From Mobula hypostoma (Eukaryota), in contig NC_086097.1 of assembly GCF_963921235.1 (NCBI RefSeq), forward strand, positions 8,928,001 through 8,992,000: DNA of 64,000 bases, given 5' to 3'. The position numbers were made by a program, and so were the translations under genes. Positions 35,706 to 48,200 of this stretch are shown here, in pieces. The notes beneath the pieces were generated by a model, which worked only from the letters and a program-made list of their open reading frames with translations, was not told where the DNA came from and searched no databases. Every line of letters starts with the position of its first letter. The stretch's first letter is position 1.

Positions 35706-38308
35706 ATGTTAGGCAAAGATCGCAAGATCTTACATCTACGGACTCCAGAGCCTGCTGACCATGAAACTAGTAGGCATGAACTTCAGATTGCGGCCTCTGC
35801 CATTGATCTCGCCGGCTCCAACACCTCAGGACATATTCAAAACCCGGACTCCAGCAACGACCATGGACACCTTCACAGCGATTGCACAACCACCAACTGC
35901 GACTCCAGCCTTGAACTCCAGGCCGGGTCTTTATGTGCTGCTGTTGTGACTCCCGTCTCCCCTTCCCCCACCACCACTCCGCAGCCCCGTCTCCCTCAGA
36001 TCCCACCGTCAGCTCCTGGGCCCTCAGAGGCTCCATCTTCCTCTCACCCCAACCCTCCCCTCTCCATTGACACCCCCAGCCTCCCCCCTCCCTCCTCTGA
36101 TCCCAGCTCTCATCCATGCCGGGTCTTTACCATCCCCTCCGACCTTCAACTGTCGGAGGCAGAACGCTCTGTTCTCAGTAAGGGCCTCACCTTTGTCCCC
36201 CTTCGCCCACACCTCAGCGAGTTCCGTGTTCGCCACGATGCAGAACTTTTCTTCCACCGTCTCCGTCTCCGAGCCTACTTCTTCAGCAAGGACTCTTCCA
36301 CCCCCACCGATGACCCCTTCTCTCGTCTTCAACCCTCCTCTTCTTCATGGACACCCCGCTCTGGTCTTCTGCCTGCTCTGGATCTCTTTATTGCCAAATG
36401 CCGACGGGACATCAACCGTCTCGACTTCACCGCACCTTGTCCCCATTCCAACCTCACTCCTTTGGAACGCTCTGCTCTCCACTCCCTCCGCACTAATCCT
36501 AACATTATTATTAAACCCGCTGATAAGGGGGGTGCTGTTGTAGTCTGGCGTACTGACCTCTACCTTGCTGAGGCACAGCGACAACTCGCGGATACCTCCT
36601 CTTATTTACCCCTCGATCGTGACCCCACTAAGGAGCACCAGGCCATTGTCTCCCACACCATCACCGACTTTATCCGCTCAGGGGATCTCCCATCCACTGC
36701 TACCAACCTTATAGTTCCCACACCCCGCACTTCCCGTTTCTACCTCCTACCCAAGATCCACAAACCTGCCTGTCCTGGCCGACCTATTGTCTCAGCTTGC
36801 TCCTGCCCCACCGAACTCATTTCTGCATACCTCGACACGGTTTTATCCCCCCTTGTTCAATCCCTTCCGACCTATGTTCGTGACACTTCTCACGCTCTTA
36901 AACTTTTCGATGATTTTGAGTTCCCTGGCCCCCACGGCTTTATTTTCACCACGGATGTCCAGTCCTTATATACTTCCATCCCCCATCAGGAAGGTCTCAA
37001 AGCTCTACGCTTCTTTTTGGATTCCAGACCTAATCAGTTCCCCTCTACCACCACTCTGCTCCGTCTAGCGGAATTAGTCCTTACTCTTAATAATTTCTCC
37101 TTTGGCTCCTCCCACTTCCTCCAAACTAAAGGTGTAGCTATGGGCACCCGTATGGGTCCTAGCTATGCCTGCCTTTTTGTTGGCTTTGTGGAACAATCTA
37201 TGTTCCGTGCCTATTCTGGTATCTGGCCCCCAATTTTCCTTCGCTACATCGACGACTGCATTGGCGCTGCTTCCTGCATGCATGCAGAACTCGTTGACTT
37301 TATTAACTTTGCCTCCAACTTTCACCCTGCCCTCAAGTTTACCTGGTCCATTTCCGACACCTCCCTCCCTTTTCTAGATCTTTCTGTCTCTGTCTCTGGA
37401 GACAGCTTATCCACTGATGTCTACTATAAGCCTACTGACTCTCACAGCTATCTGAACTATTCCTCTTCTCACCCTGTCTCTTGCAAAAACGCCATCCCCT
37501 TCTCGCAATTCCTCCGTCTCCGCCGCATCTGCTCTCAGGATGAGGCTTTTCATTCTAGGCCAAGGGAGATGTCTTCCTTTTTTAAAGAAAGGGGCTTCCC
37601 TTCCTCCACTATCAACTCTGCTCTTAAACGCATCTCCCCCATTTCACGTACATCTGCTCTCACTCCATCCTCCCGCCACCCCACTAGGAATAGGGTTCCC
37701 CTGATCCTCACCTACCACCCCACCAGCCTTCGGGTCCAACATATTATTCTCCGTAACTTCTGCCACCTCCAACGGGATCCCACCACTAAGCACATCTTTT
37801 CCTCCCCACCCCCGCATTCCACAGGGATCGCTCCCTACGCGACTCCCTTGTCCATTCGTCCCCCCCATCCCTCTCCACTGATCTCCCTCCTGGCACTTAT
37901 CCGCGTAAGCGGAACAAGTGCTACTCATGCCCTTACACTTCCTCCCTTACCACCATTCAGGGCCCCAGACAGTCCTTCCAGGTGAGGCGACACTTCACCT
38001 GTGAGTCGGCTGGGGTGATATACTGCGTCCGGTGCTCCCGATGTGGCCTTTTATATATTGGCGAGACCCGACGCAGACTGGGAGACCGCTTTGCTGAACA
38101 CCTACGCTCTGTCCGCCAGAGAAAGCAGGATCGCCCAGTGGCCACACATTTTAATTCCACATCCCATTCCCATTCTGACATGTCTATCCACGGCCTCCTC
38201 TACTGTAAAGATGAAGCCACACTCAGGTTGGAGAAACAACACCTTATATTCTGTCTGGGTAGCCTCCAACCTGATGGCATGAACATCGACTTCTCTAACT
38301 TCCGCTAA
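35706..38308 (+). pseudogene. PLE RT plus GIY-YIG endonuclease ORF with one frameshift near 37810
   Basis: Motifs LSKGLTFVP, IKPADKGGAVVV, YLLPKIHKP, GRPIVS, DVQSLYTSIP, QTKGVAMG, RYIDD; then VIYCVRCSRCGLLYIGET...RFAEH (37982-38308). The copy at 48500-49393 shows the in-frame junction with a Cys-rich linker (KCYTC). The frame is also open upstream of the Met to about 35622. Confidence 0.9.
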
Positions 38309-38597
38309 TGCCCCACCTCCCCCTCGTAGCCCATCTGTTACTTAATTTTGTACACACATTCTTTCTCTCACTCTCCTTTTTCTCCCTCTGTCCCTCTGAA
38401 TATACCCCTTGCCCATCCTCTGGGTTCCCCCTGCCCCTTGTCATTCTTCCCGGACCTCCTGTCCCATGATCCTCTCGTATCCCTTTTGCCTATCACCTGT
38501 CCAGCTCTTCGCTCCATCCCTCCCCCTCCTGTCTTCTCCTATCATTTTGGATCTCCCCCTCCCACTTTCAAATCTCTTACTCACTCTTCCTTCAGTT

Positions 38598-38634
38598 AGT
38601 CCTGACGAAGAGTCTCGGCCTGAAACGTCAACTG
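38598..38634 (+). ncRNA. Minimal type I hammerhead ribozyme motif (one stem I mismatch)
   Basis: AGTC-CTGACGA-AGAGTCTCGGCCT-GAAAC-GTC-AACTG. Confidence 0.6.
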
Positions 38635-39461
38635 TACCTCTTCCTAGAGATGCTGCCTGGCCTGCTGCGTTCAACAGCAACTTTTATGTGTGTTGCTTGA
38701 ATTTCAGGCATCTGCAGAATTCCTGTTGTTTGAAGGCGAATGCAATGTTGGCATTCATTTCTAGAGGAATAGAGCAGGGATGTGATGTTGAGGCTTTATA
38801 AGGCGCTGGTGAGACCTCACTTGGAGTACTGTGGGCAATTTTGGTCTCCTTATTTAAGAAAGGATGTGCTGACGTTGGAGAGGGTACAGAGAAGATTCAC
38901 TAGAATGATTCCGGGAACGGGAGGGTTAACATATAAGGAACGTTTGTCCGCTCTTGGACTGTATTCCTTGGAGTTTAGAAGAATGAGGAGAGACCTCATA
39001 GAAACATTTTGAGTGTTGAAAGGCATGGACAGAGTGGATGTGGCAAAGTTGTTTCCCATGATGGGGGAGTCTAGTACGAGAGGGCATGACTTAAGGATTG
39101 AAGGGCGCCTATTCAGAACAGAAATGCGAAGAAATTTTTTTTAGTCAGAGGGTGGTGAATCTTTGGAATTTGTTGCCATGGGCAGCAGTGGAGGCCAAGT
39201 CATTGGGTGTATTTAAGGCAGAGATTGATAGGTATCTGAGTAGCCAGGGCATCAAAGGTTATAGTGAGAAGGCGGGGGAGTGGGACTAAATGGGAGAATG
39301 GATCAGCTCATGATAAAATGGCGGAGCAGACTCGATGGGCCGAATGGCCGACTTCTGCTCCTTTGTCTTATGGTCTTAAACAATTAGATGAATTTGTTTG
39401 TTGATTTTAAGCAGTCCAATTTTATCACAGCTCTTGTATCAAGATCCAACAGGTACTTGAG

Positions 39462-40315
39462 TCAACACACACAAAATGCAGGAGGAACTCACCAGGTCAG
39501 GCAGCGTCAATGGAAATGACCAAAGAGTTGTATTTCAGGTTGAGACACTTGGTCAGAACTGCGAAGGAAGGAGGGGGATTGCAGAATAAAGGGGTGGGTG
39601 GAGAGGAGGGAGGATAGCTGGAAGGTGATAGGTGAAGATAAGAAATTTAAAGGGCTGAAGAGGAACAAACCTGATGGGAGCCAAGACTGGACCAGACAAG
39701 AAAGGGAAGGAGATGGGGGCCCCAAGAGGAAGCAATGGGCAGGTGAGGAGAGGTAATAAGGTAGAGAGGAAAATAGAGGAAGAGGGGAAGGGAAATAACT
39801 TTTCACGAGAAGGAGAAATCGATATTTATGTCATTAGGTTGGAGGCTATTTAGATGGAATACAAGGTGTTTCTGCTCCACCTTAAGGGCGTCCTCATCTT
39901 GGCACAAAGGAGGCCATGGATGAACACATTGGAACAGGAATGGGAATTTGAATTAAAATGTTTGGTCAGCAGAAAGTTCCGATTGTAGCAGATGGCGCGG
40001 AGGAGCTCAACAATGTAGCAGAGGCCTCACTGGGAGCACTGGACACAATCAATGACCCCCATCAGATTTGCAGGTGAAGTTTTGCCTCACCTGGAAAGAC
40101 TCTTTGGGGCTCTAAATGAAGGTGAGGAAGGAAGTGAATGGGCAGGAGTAACACTTGGGCTGCTTGCCAGGAGGGAGATTAGTGGGGAGGGACGAATGGA
40201 CAAGGGAATCATGGAGGTAGCGATCCCTGCAGAAGGCGGGGGGGGGATTGTGGGGTGGAGAATAAAGATATGTTTAGTGGTAGGATCCCATTGGATAAGG
40301 CAGAAGTTACCACCT
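39462..40315 (-). mobile_element. Older PLE 3' fragment
   Basis: Minus strand IQWDPTTKHIF... and ccaggtgaggcaaaacttcacctgc match the PLE thumb/GIY-YIG region. PLE end (caacacacacaaaatgc) at about 39463. Confidence 0.8.
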
Positions 40316-40316
40316 G

Positions 40317-41315
40317 AACACCTCCCTCTGCAACTGGATTCTAGACTTCCTGATTGGGAGACCTCAGTCAGTCCGAATTGGTAGCAAGTGGGTCTCATCA
40401 GCAAGAAGGATGAGTCAGCATAAAGAGAGGAGGTGCAGCGGATAACGGACTGGCGCAGAGCCAACAACCTGTCTCTGAATGTAAACAAAAGAGATGGTTG
40501 TTGACTTCAGGAGGACACGGAGCGACCACTCTCCACTGAACATCGACGACTCCTCCATAGAGATCGTTAAGAGCACCAAATTTCTTGGTGTTCACCTGGC
40601 GGAGAATCTCATCTGGTCTCTCAACACCAGCTCCATAGCAAAGAAAGCCCAGCAGCGTCTCTACTTTCTGTGAAGGCTGAGAAAAGTCCATCTCCCTCCC
40701 CCCATCCTCACCACATTTTACAGAGGTTGTATTGAGAGCATCCTGAGCAGCTGCATCACTGCCTGGTTCAGAAATTGCACCATCTCGGATCACAACACCC
40801 TGCAGTGGATAGTGAGGTCAGCTGAGAAGATCATCAGGGTCTCTCTTCCCACCATTACAGACATTTACATCACGCGCTGCATCCGTAAAGCAAACAGCAT
40901 TATGAAGGACCCCACGCACCCCTCATACAAACTCTTCTCCCTCCTGCCATCTGGAAAAAGGCATCGAAGCATTCGGGCTTTCACAACCAAACTATATAAC
41001 AATTTCTTCCCCAAAGCAATCAGACTCCTCAATACCCAGAGCCTGGCTTGACACCAACCTACTGCCCTCTACTGTGCCTATTGTCTTGTTTATTATTTAT
41101 TAAAGTGCCTGCACTGTTTTGTGCACTTTATGCAGTCCTGGGTAGGTCTGTAGTCTAGTGTAGTTTTTGTGTTGTTTTACGTAGTTCAGTGTAGTTTTTG
41201 TATTGTTTCATGTAGCACCATGGTCCTGGGAAACGTTGTCTCATTCTTACTATGTTCTGTACCAGCAGTTATGGTTGAAATGACAATAAAAAGTGACTTG
41301 ACTTGACTTGACTTG
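40317..41315 (+). mobile_element. Rex1/Babar LINE 3' half
   Basis: RSAEKII...KDPTHPSYKLFSLLPSGKRHRSIR (40812-41051) and a KFLGVHL motif near 40580. Tail aatgacaataaa...(GACTT)n. Confidence 0.85.
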
Positions 41316-42899
41316 ATAGAGTTTGTAGGTTTGGAAGGTGCCTTCTAAAGGTATCTGGGCAAATTTCTGAGGTGCATGCTGCAGATGGTACAAAGTATTG
41401 TTAGATAGATAGATACTTTACTGATCCTAAAGGAAATTACGCTGTCACAGTAGCATTACAGGTGCACAGATATACAAATATTAGAAGAGAAGTAAGAAAG
41501 AATAAAAAATAAGTTACCTCAAACAGCCTAACAGTAGGGGGTCATCACTTTCTCAGCTATAGGCTGACTCATTATAGAGCCTAATGGCTGAGGGTAAGAA
41601 TAACCTGATATAGTGCTCTTTGGAGCAGCGCAGCAGATCCAGCCAAGTGGAGAGTATTCCTTTGCATTGCTAATTGCAGACTTTTAGATCTTGGATAGGT
41701 TTTCAAGAGAAAGGAAGGGGGTTTCTTTCTGTAGTCCCTGAATTGCTCTGTACCCACGTTACGCATAAGACTACTCCAGTTCTACTTCCATTCTATGGTA
41801 AAACCCCAACACCCCATGGATATTGATAGTGGGAATTCAGCAATAGTAATGCCGTATAACATTAGTAGTACAGGTTCCATTTCCTCTGGATAGCATGGGC
41901 AAATACTTATTGTTTTTAATTGTGATCACAGGACCGGGTCGGACATTGGTAATGCAGAATTCTGTAAGTCTGGTTCAGTGGTGAGACTGATGGCGAGGGA
42001 GCTGCGTTGCCTTTGTTGTTGCACTGACTAGGTCTGCATGCCACAGTGTTGCCTATTGCAGTTGCACAGGAGAGGGGTCACCGAAAGCAGTGTGGGAGAG
42101 AGCAGAGGCATCTGTGGAATTAGCTGGAACTTGTTGGGGGCTAGCTCCTCCTGTGGAAGACAAGGTGGAGCAGGACAATATCCCATGCACCATCGGTCTA
42201 CAGTCCGTGACATTCAGGAACTTGGCTATGCTTTTCCGCTATCATAACTCCATGCACTCTCTGCCGTAGGTACTGTGTTTGGCTCCTTGCACCAAGGATG
42301 TACAGGAGCCTGAAGACACACACTCAATATTCCAGGAACAGCTTCTTCCCCTCCATCATCAGATTTCTAAATGGACAATGAAACCATGAACAGTTCCTCT
42401 GCACTTTCCCTCTCTTTTTTCAAAACTGATCTAATTTTTGTAATATATATTTATTGAAATTTATGCTACCTCTGGGCCTGACTGTACCCCACCTGCGGCT
42501 CGGCAATATGGTGATCGATGGTCCGCACACTCCAAGGGACAAGGGAAGGAGGGTGCAATGAAGTGAAGAACTAGCACAGGGACAAGATCAAAAATTGTAT
42601 TGTCCAACGTTCTAAGATTATCCCGGACTGTAGCACAGACAACACAAAGACCGGACAGAGTAAAGTAGGGATCCTCTCTGAGGCGCACGACTACATCGGG
42701 AACTGGGACAGACCAACTAATGCGTGCAGGGAAGCTTCAAGGAGACAGGATGGCAGCAGCCTGATGAGAACGCAGTCCTCCACGCCCAGCTACAGCAACA
42801 CAGGATCAAACTGGTGACAGAGGTTCCTCAGCAGTAGAATGGACTGCTCTCTCTCCCGCCACGACTCCGGATCCCAGACAGATCTTGGATTTATTCCTC

Positions 42900-44260
42900 T
42901 GATTTGAAAGTGGTGGCCACCATCATTCCAGTGCCAAAGCAGATGACAGTAACATGCCAAAATGACTATTGTCTGGTGGCATTAACATCAGCCATTATGA
43001 ATGCTTTGACCCTTTCCAGTTACTTATCACTCAAATCGATCCACTGATGATACAATCGTCTCTGTCCTCCACACTGTCCTGTCCCAGATGGAAAATGAGG
43101 TCTCATATGCCAGACTGCTGTTTATAGGTTTCAGTTCAGTGTTCAACACCATCATACTGCAGAAAATGGTGGGGAAACTGTCCTCGTGGGACTCAATACC
43201 TTCCTCTGCAATTGGATCCTGGACTTCTTAAAAGCAAGGCCACAGTCAGTCCATGTGAGCAGCAACATCTCTTGTCCCATTACGCTGATCTCTAGCGCTC
43301 CCCAAGGCTGTGTGGGCAACTTGCTGCTGTTCACTCTGCTGACGCACATACTGTGTCACGGGATCCAGCTCGAACCATGTCATCAAGTTTACGGGTGACA
43401 CAATAGCGGTTAGCCTAATTAAGAATGATGAAGAGACAGTGTGTAGAGAGGAAGTAGAGAGGCTGATGGAGTGGTGTGAGAAATAAACAACCCAAGCCTG
43501 AACATAGGGAAGACAAAGGAAATCACTGTGGACTTCAGGAAAGTGCAGGCAAACTATCCCAGATGAACTACCTACATGACTCCTCCACAGAGGGAGTTAA
43601 GTGCACCAAGTTCCTGGGAGCTCACATCACCGATGACTTCGCCTGGTCCCTTAATATCACCTCCCCGAACCAGAAGGCACAACAGCGCCTCCACTTCCTA
43701 AGAAGATTGAGGCAAGCAAAACTCCCACCCCCATCTTAACGGTATTTTACAGGAGCACCATTGAGAGCGTCCAGACGAGTTGCATCTCCATGTGGTATGG
43801 GAGCAGTCGAGCACCGGATCAGAAGTCCCTACAAAGGACTATGAGTACAGCTGACAGGACCATATGGATCTCTGTACCATCCTTTGGGGACATTGATCGT
43901 ATGTGTTTCATACACAGGGCCCTTAGTATTATTGAGGATCCCACCCATCTATCCAGCATCCTCTGACTTTCTACCATCAGGCAGGAGACTCCCATGCATA
44001 AAAACGAGAACGGTCAGGATGGGAAACAGTTTCTCATCAGAAACACAATCAACGCTGGCACTCCTCAAGGGTGTGTGCTTAGCCATCCACGCTACTCTCT
44101 CTATACTCATGACTGTGTGGCTCAACTACCATTTAACAATTTGCTGGTGGAATCTCAGATGGAGATGAAAGGAGTTGCAGGAGCGAGATAAACCAGCTAG
44201 TAGAGTGGTATCACAGCAACATCCTTGCACTCAATGTCAGTAAGACAAAAGAGCTGATTC
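42900..44260 (+). mobile_element. Degenerate Rex1/Babar RT fragments (two pieces)
   Basis: LCNWILDFL...APQGCV (43186-43398), TKFLGAHITDDFAWS...KAQQRLHFLRRL (43476-43739), and NAGTPQGCVLS (43994-44191). Confidence 0.8.
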
Positions 44261-44269
44261 AGCTTGCTT

Positions 44270-45913
44270 CGTCACAATGTCTGCACCTTACCATCAATCC
44301 CTTCGTTAGTCGTTTGTGTTAGTTGAACCATTAGGACTGAATGAGGCAACCTTGCCTGAGGGAGTAGTGGCTTCCAGTGCATGTGTCGGGGTAAGGAATG
44401 GGCACCTATCTGTTCTGGTGATTAATGTCAGCTCCTCTGACATCAACTGGCACCTCAAACCCATCTTGTGGCTCTTTCTATAGCTGAAATAGTCGCTGGG
44501 GAGTACTTGTGCACAGACTTCCTTCACACTGCAGTCTATCCAAGAACTGCCTTTGTTAGTGAACAGAGCTGCACATACATCTCTCCAAGGATCTCCAAAA
44601 TGTGTTTGGGCTCTGACCATTCGGATTGCAGGCGATATTTAATCTCTTGCCTTGTCTCACCTCCTAAATATTCATTAATACGTATAGGCTGTCTTTTCAG
44701 CGCTAGAAAGGCGGCGAAGGTTTAACACTGAAATCAGGTCATCTAGCCACTCATAAAACACACCACTGGACCTCCCCCCCCCACCAAAAAAAAAGTCCTA
44801 CACTTTCTCCCTTTTGGCAAACATACAGTATAACACATTCCCTGGCCTGAGGGGATTCACTGGACCCGACCTGCCTGCAGGCCTATCACCAGAGAGGAAG
44901 GCAAGGAAGAGGTGGCTCACACTGTTGCCTGTTGCTGTTCCTGCAACTGTGCCAACAAAGCTTCATTTGTTTCTTCCATCTGCATCATAGCTTCCTCAGC
45001 TGCCCATACCCTTGCTCTGAGCTTGCAATTCTGCCAGCACGTCAGTGTTAGGCATTTTCTATACATGTAACAAAGAAGATAAATAAAACATATTGATGCT
45101 GTTTTACCAACCCCACGCAGACTGATGCAGAAATGGTGATGGCAGCTCTCCTCCAGTGGTCTTGGTCGCCTGACGTCCACGTAGCCACGGCTTTAGCCAA
45201 ACTATTTCTTCAGCACCACACCTCGCAGCGCTGTGCAGATCGACCTGCCTCTCTACAGACTCCCTTTCTGCAATTAAGACCCTGTTCGCAGTGCTGATCT
45301 GTGTCTATTGAGCCAGTGGTACAGGCAGGTTTTGGACCTCATTAAGGCAGGCAGACCAACAATGTAGTTTAGATTTATAACAAACAGCAGTCTTGTTAAA
45401 AACGTACATAGAGAGGCAAGTCCAATTTCAGTAAAATCCAGCTCCTGAGTTACCATTGGATCAAGTAAATTGCAATAGTATTATCTTAATCTTAAGGCTC
45501 ATAAAAGGCTGAAGTCTCAGCTGTTCATCACAGTGAAATAAAACACATCTGTGCAATAAAGTGCTCCAGGAAAAGTCACTACTTCAGTACAATAAAACAC
45601 ATCAGTGCCTCAGGTTCACATGGAGATTTAAGACCAGCCAAACAAATACCTCAGGCTCAAGTTAATCAAACTGAGTTAAAATAAAAGGCTAAAGCAGTGA
45701 CTTACACAAAGACCTACTCCATCCAGCAACGTACAAAAGGACTGCGTAAGTAACACACCTCGCACGGGAACACGTGGTCACAAAATCAACAATGCTGCTA
45801 CTCACCGTCCAGTATGGACTAGTCACTTGCCCAAGCATCTGTGGGCAGGAAGGTCCCACGCTATTTTCCCTCCTGCCGCAAACAGGCACAATCCTCTGTT
45901 CCACCTGGCAACA
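44270..45913 (-). mobile_element. Gypsy LTR-retrotransposon relic: putative 5' LTR/leader and frameshifted gag
   Basis: The minus strand starts TGTTGCCA. It then gives a coiled coil MEETNEALLAQLQEQQQ (about 44920-44990), CLPKGRKCRTF (about 44795-44825), and FYEWLDDLISVLNLRRLSSAEKTAY/NEYLGGETRQEIKYRLQSEWSEPKHILEILGEMY (about 44570-44758), which resembles PNMA-like Gypsy capsid. Confidence 0.7.
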
Positions 45914-46064
45914 CATATTTTGTTAATAAATGTACTTTGAACAAGTGTAAAGGAGAACAAGATAATTTTTACTCTGGTTCTGATGCAGCATAAAAAAAGG
46001 ATGAAGAATACAATAATAAAATAAAGGAACACAATACACATAATGTGGGCTGTCATCATACTGC

Positions 46065-46790
46065 CACCGTTTATTAAGGACCACCATCATCGCCAGTGCC
46101 CTGTACCAGCTCACCGAGAAGGGGAGGCACTTTACCTGAACTGACACCTGTTCTGCCGCCTTCGAGCAGTTCTGAGCTGCGCTCTCCCAGGCCCCAGTTT
46201 TGGGGTACCGCGATCCAGCATGCTCCTTCATTGTTGACACAGACACCAGCAATGGAGGGCTCACAGGAGGGGGACGAAGGAGAACGCATTGTGACGTACT
46301 TCAGCTGGACTGAACGGAACTATTGTTCCCACTGGAAGCACATAGCCATGGCCCAGACCTTCCGCTGCTTCGATCCCCATCCCTTCGGCCGGTGGTTCCT
46401 GCTTCACACCGAGCATGTGCTGCCGAAATGGGTGTTGAGCTTCTGTGGTCCTGAGGGGGCAGCTGGTGTAGCTCTCCAGGACTATGATTTCGAGATACAG
46501 CACCATGCTAGAAGGCACCACAGCACCATTGACACCCTCCCTCGCTGTCCCTGTGAGTCCATCGAGTGTCACTGCTATCGCCGTCTCGAGGAGTGGAGCC
46601 GGGGCAACCAGCAGTGGCAGTGATTCAGGTGACAGCCGACGGCGAGATAGACCTCCCCAGCATGGGCCACCAGCCACTGTACAGCGATTAAGTGACTGAT
46701 CCTGTACTGGTCGAGGAGAGGGGATAGTTGAGTGTGGGGCAGTGGCTGGGGTGGGTGATGTCTCTGCCATGGACAGGGAGGAGGGAGGAA
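46065..46790 (+). mobile_element. Gypsy pol relic (RT connection and RNase H)
   Basis: IASALYQLTEKG, PVLGY...FIVDTDTSN, ERIVTYFS...ERNYC, GRWFLLHTEH, LQDYDFEIQH...DTLPR match Ty3/Gypsy RNase H motifs. Confidence 0.8.
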
Positions 46791-48200
46791 AAAAGTAGTA
46801 TAAGGGCCTTACTCCAACAGCAGCTTGTTAAATGTGAAATACTGATGGTTTACCTGGAAAGGTTCTGAAAGCCTGTGCCAAGAAATTTTAAATCTCCCAC
46901 TACTCCAGTCAGAAGTTGCCCCCGCTTCAAAGGGCAACAATTAAACCAGTGCCCAAGAAGAGCAGTGTGAGCTGTCTCAACGACGAGAAGTTGCCTCAAT
47001 ATGCTTTGAGAGGTTGGTCTTGGACACACAGCAATTTGCCTATTGCCACAATAGGTCTAGAGCAGAAGCAATCACAATGGCTCTCCGCACTGCCCTGGAT
47101 CACCGGGACAATGCAAATACCAGTGTCAGGATGCTGTTCATTGACCATAGCTCAGCATTTGCATTTAACATCATCATTCCTACAGTCCCTATCAAAAAGC
47201 TGCAGAACCTCCCTCTGAAACTAGATCCTCGACTTCCTAACTGGAAGACCACAATCTGAATGGATTGGAAATAACATCTCCACCTCGCTGACAATTAACA
47301 CAGGCAATCTGTGATCTCCACCACCCAGGACATGCCCGTCTTCACACTGTTACCATTGGGAAGGAGGTACAGAAGCCTGAAGCATACTCTCAGCAATTCA
47401 GGAACAGTTTCCTCTCCTCTGACATCAGATTTAAAGGTGGGCAATGAACCCATGAACACTACCTCACAGCTTAGCCCACAGCTCTACTCTCTACACTCGT
47501 GACTCCGTGGCAAGGCATAGCTCAAACAGCATCTGTAAATTTCCTGATGATACAACCGATGTTGGCATAATTTCAGATGGTGATGAAGGATGTACAGGAG
47601 CGAGATATACCAGTTAGTTAAGTGGTGCCTCAGCAACAACCTGGCACTCAACACCAGCAAGACCGAAAAGCTGATTGTGGACCTCAGGAAGGGTAAGATG
47701 AGGGAGCACAAACCAATCCTCATAGAGGGATCAGAAGTGGAGACAGTGAGCAATTTCAAGTTCCTGGGTGTCAAGATCTCTGAGGACTTAACCTGGATGC
47801 AGCATATTGATATAGACACAGCTATAAAGAAGGCAAGACAGCAACTGTATTTCATTAGGAGTTTGAGGAGATTTGGTTTGTCAAATATACACTTGAAAAC
47901 CTCTACAGATGTACTGCGGAGAGCATTCTGACTGGCTGCATTACTGTCTGGTATGGGAGGGCTACTACACAAGATCAAAATAAGTTTCAAAAACTTATAA
48001 AATTAGTCAGTTCTATCATAGATACTAACCTCCATAGTGTTAAAGACATCCTCAAGGAGCTGTGTCTTAGGAAGACTGCATCTATCATAAAGGATCCCAC
48101 CACCTAGGACATGCCTTCTTCATACTGTTACCACACTCCATGTTTTAGGAACAGCTTCTTTCCCTCTGTTTCAGATTCATGAACGGAAATTAAACCCATG

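Larger units (their letters stand above)
35620..38731 (+). mobile_element. Penelope-like retroelement (Neptune-type), 5'-truncated, about 3.1 kb
   Basis: 13-bp TSD GAAGGC(A/G)AATGCA at 35607-35619 and 38732-38744. Carries RT and GIY-YIG coding sequence and a hammerhead-bearing 3' repeat. Confidence 0.95.
35115..39378 (+). mobile_element. 5'-truncated CR1 LINE split by a PLE insertion at 35620-38731
   Basis: PQGSVLGPLLF...KFADDTK...VKKANA (35143-35619) resumes as KANAMLAFISRG...VRPHLEYC (38732 onward) and ends cttatggtctta. Confidence 0.9.

Noticed and set aside
35143..35712. Apparent CR1-RT fusion ORF with a novel hydrophobic C-terminus
   Set aside because: Read-through across the CR1/PLE insertion junction at 35619/35620, out of frame with the PLE ORF.
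44917..45058. Coiled-coil exon-like segment with splice-like flanks
   Set aside because: Better explained as the N-terminus of the Gypsy gag relic, collinear with downstream capsid motifs.
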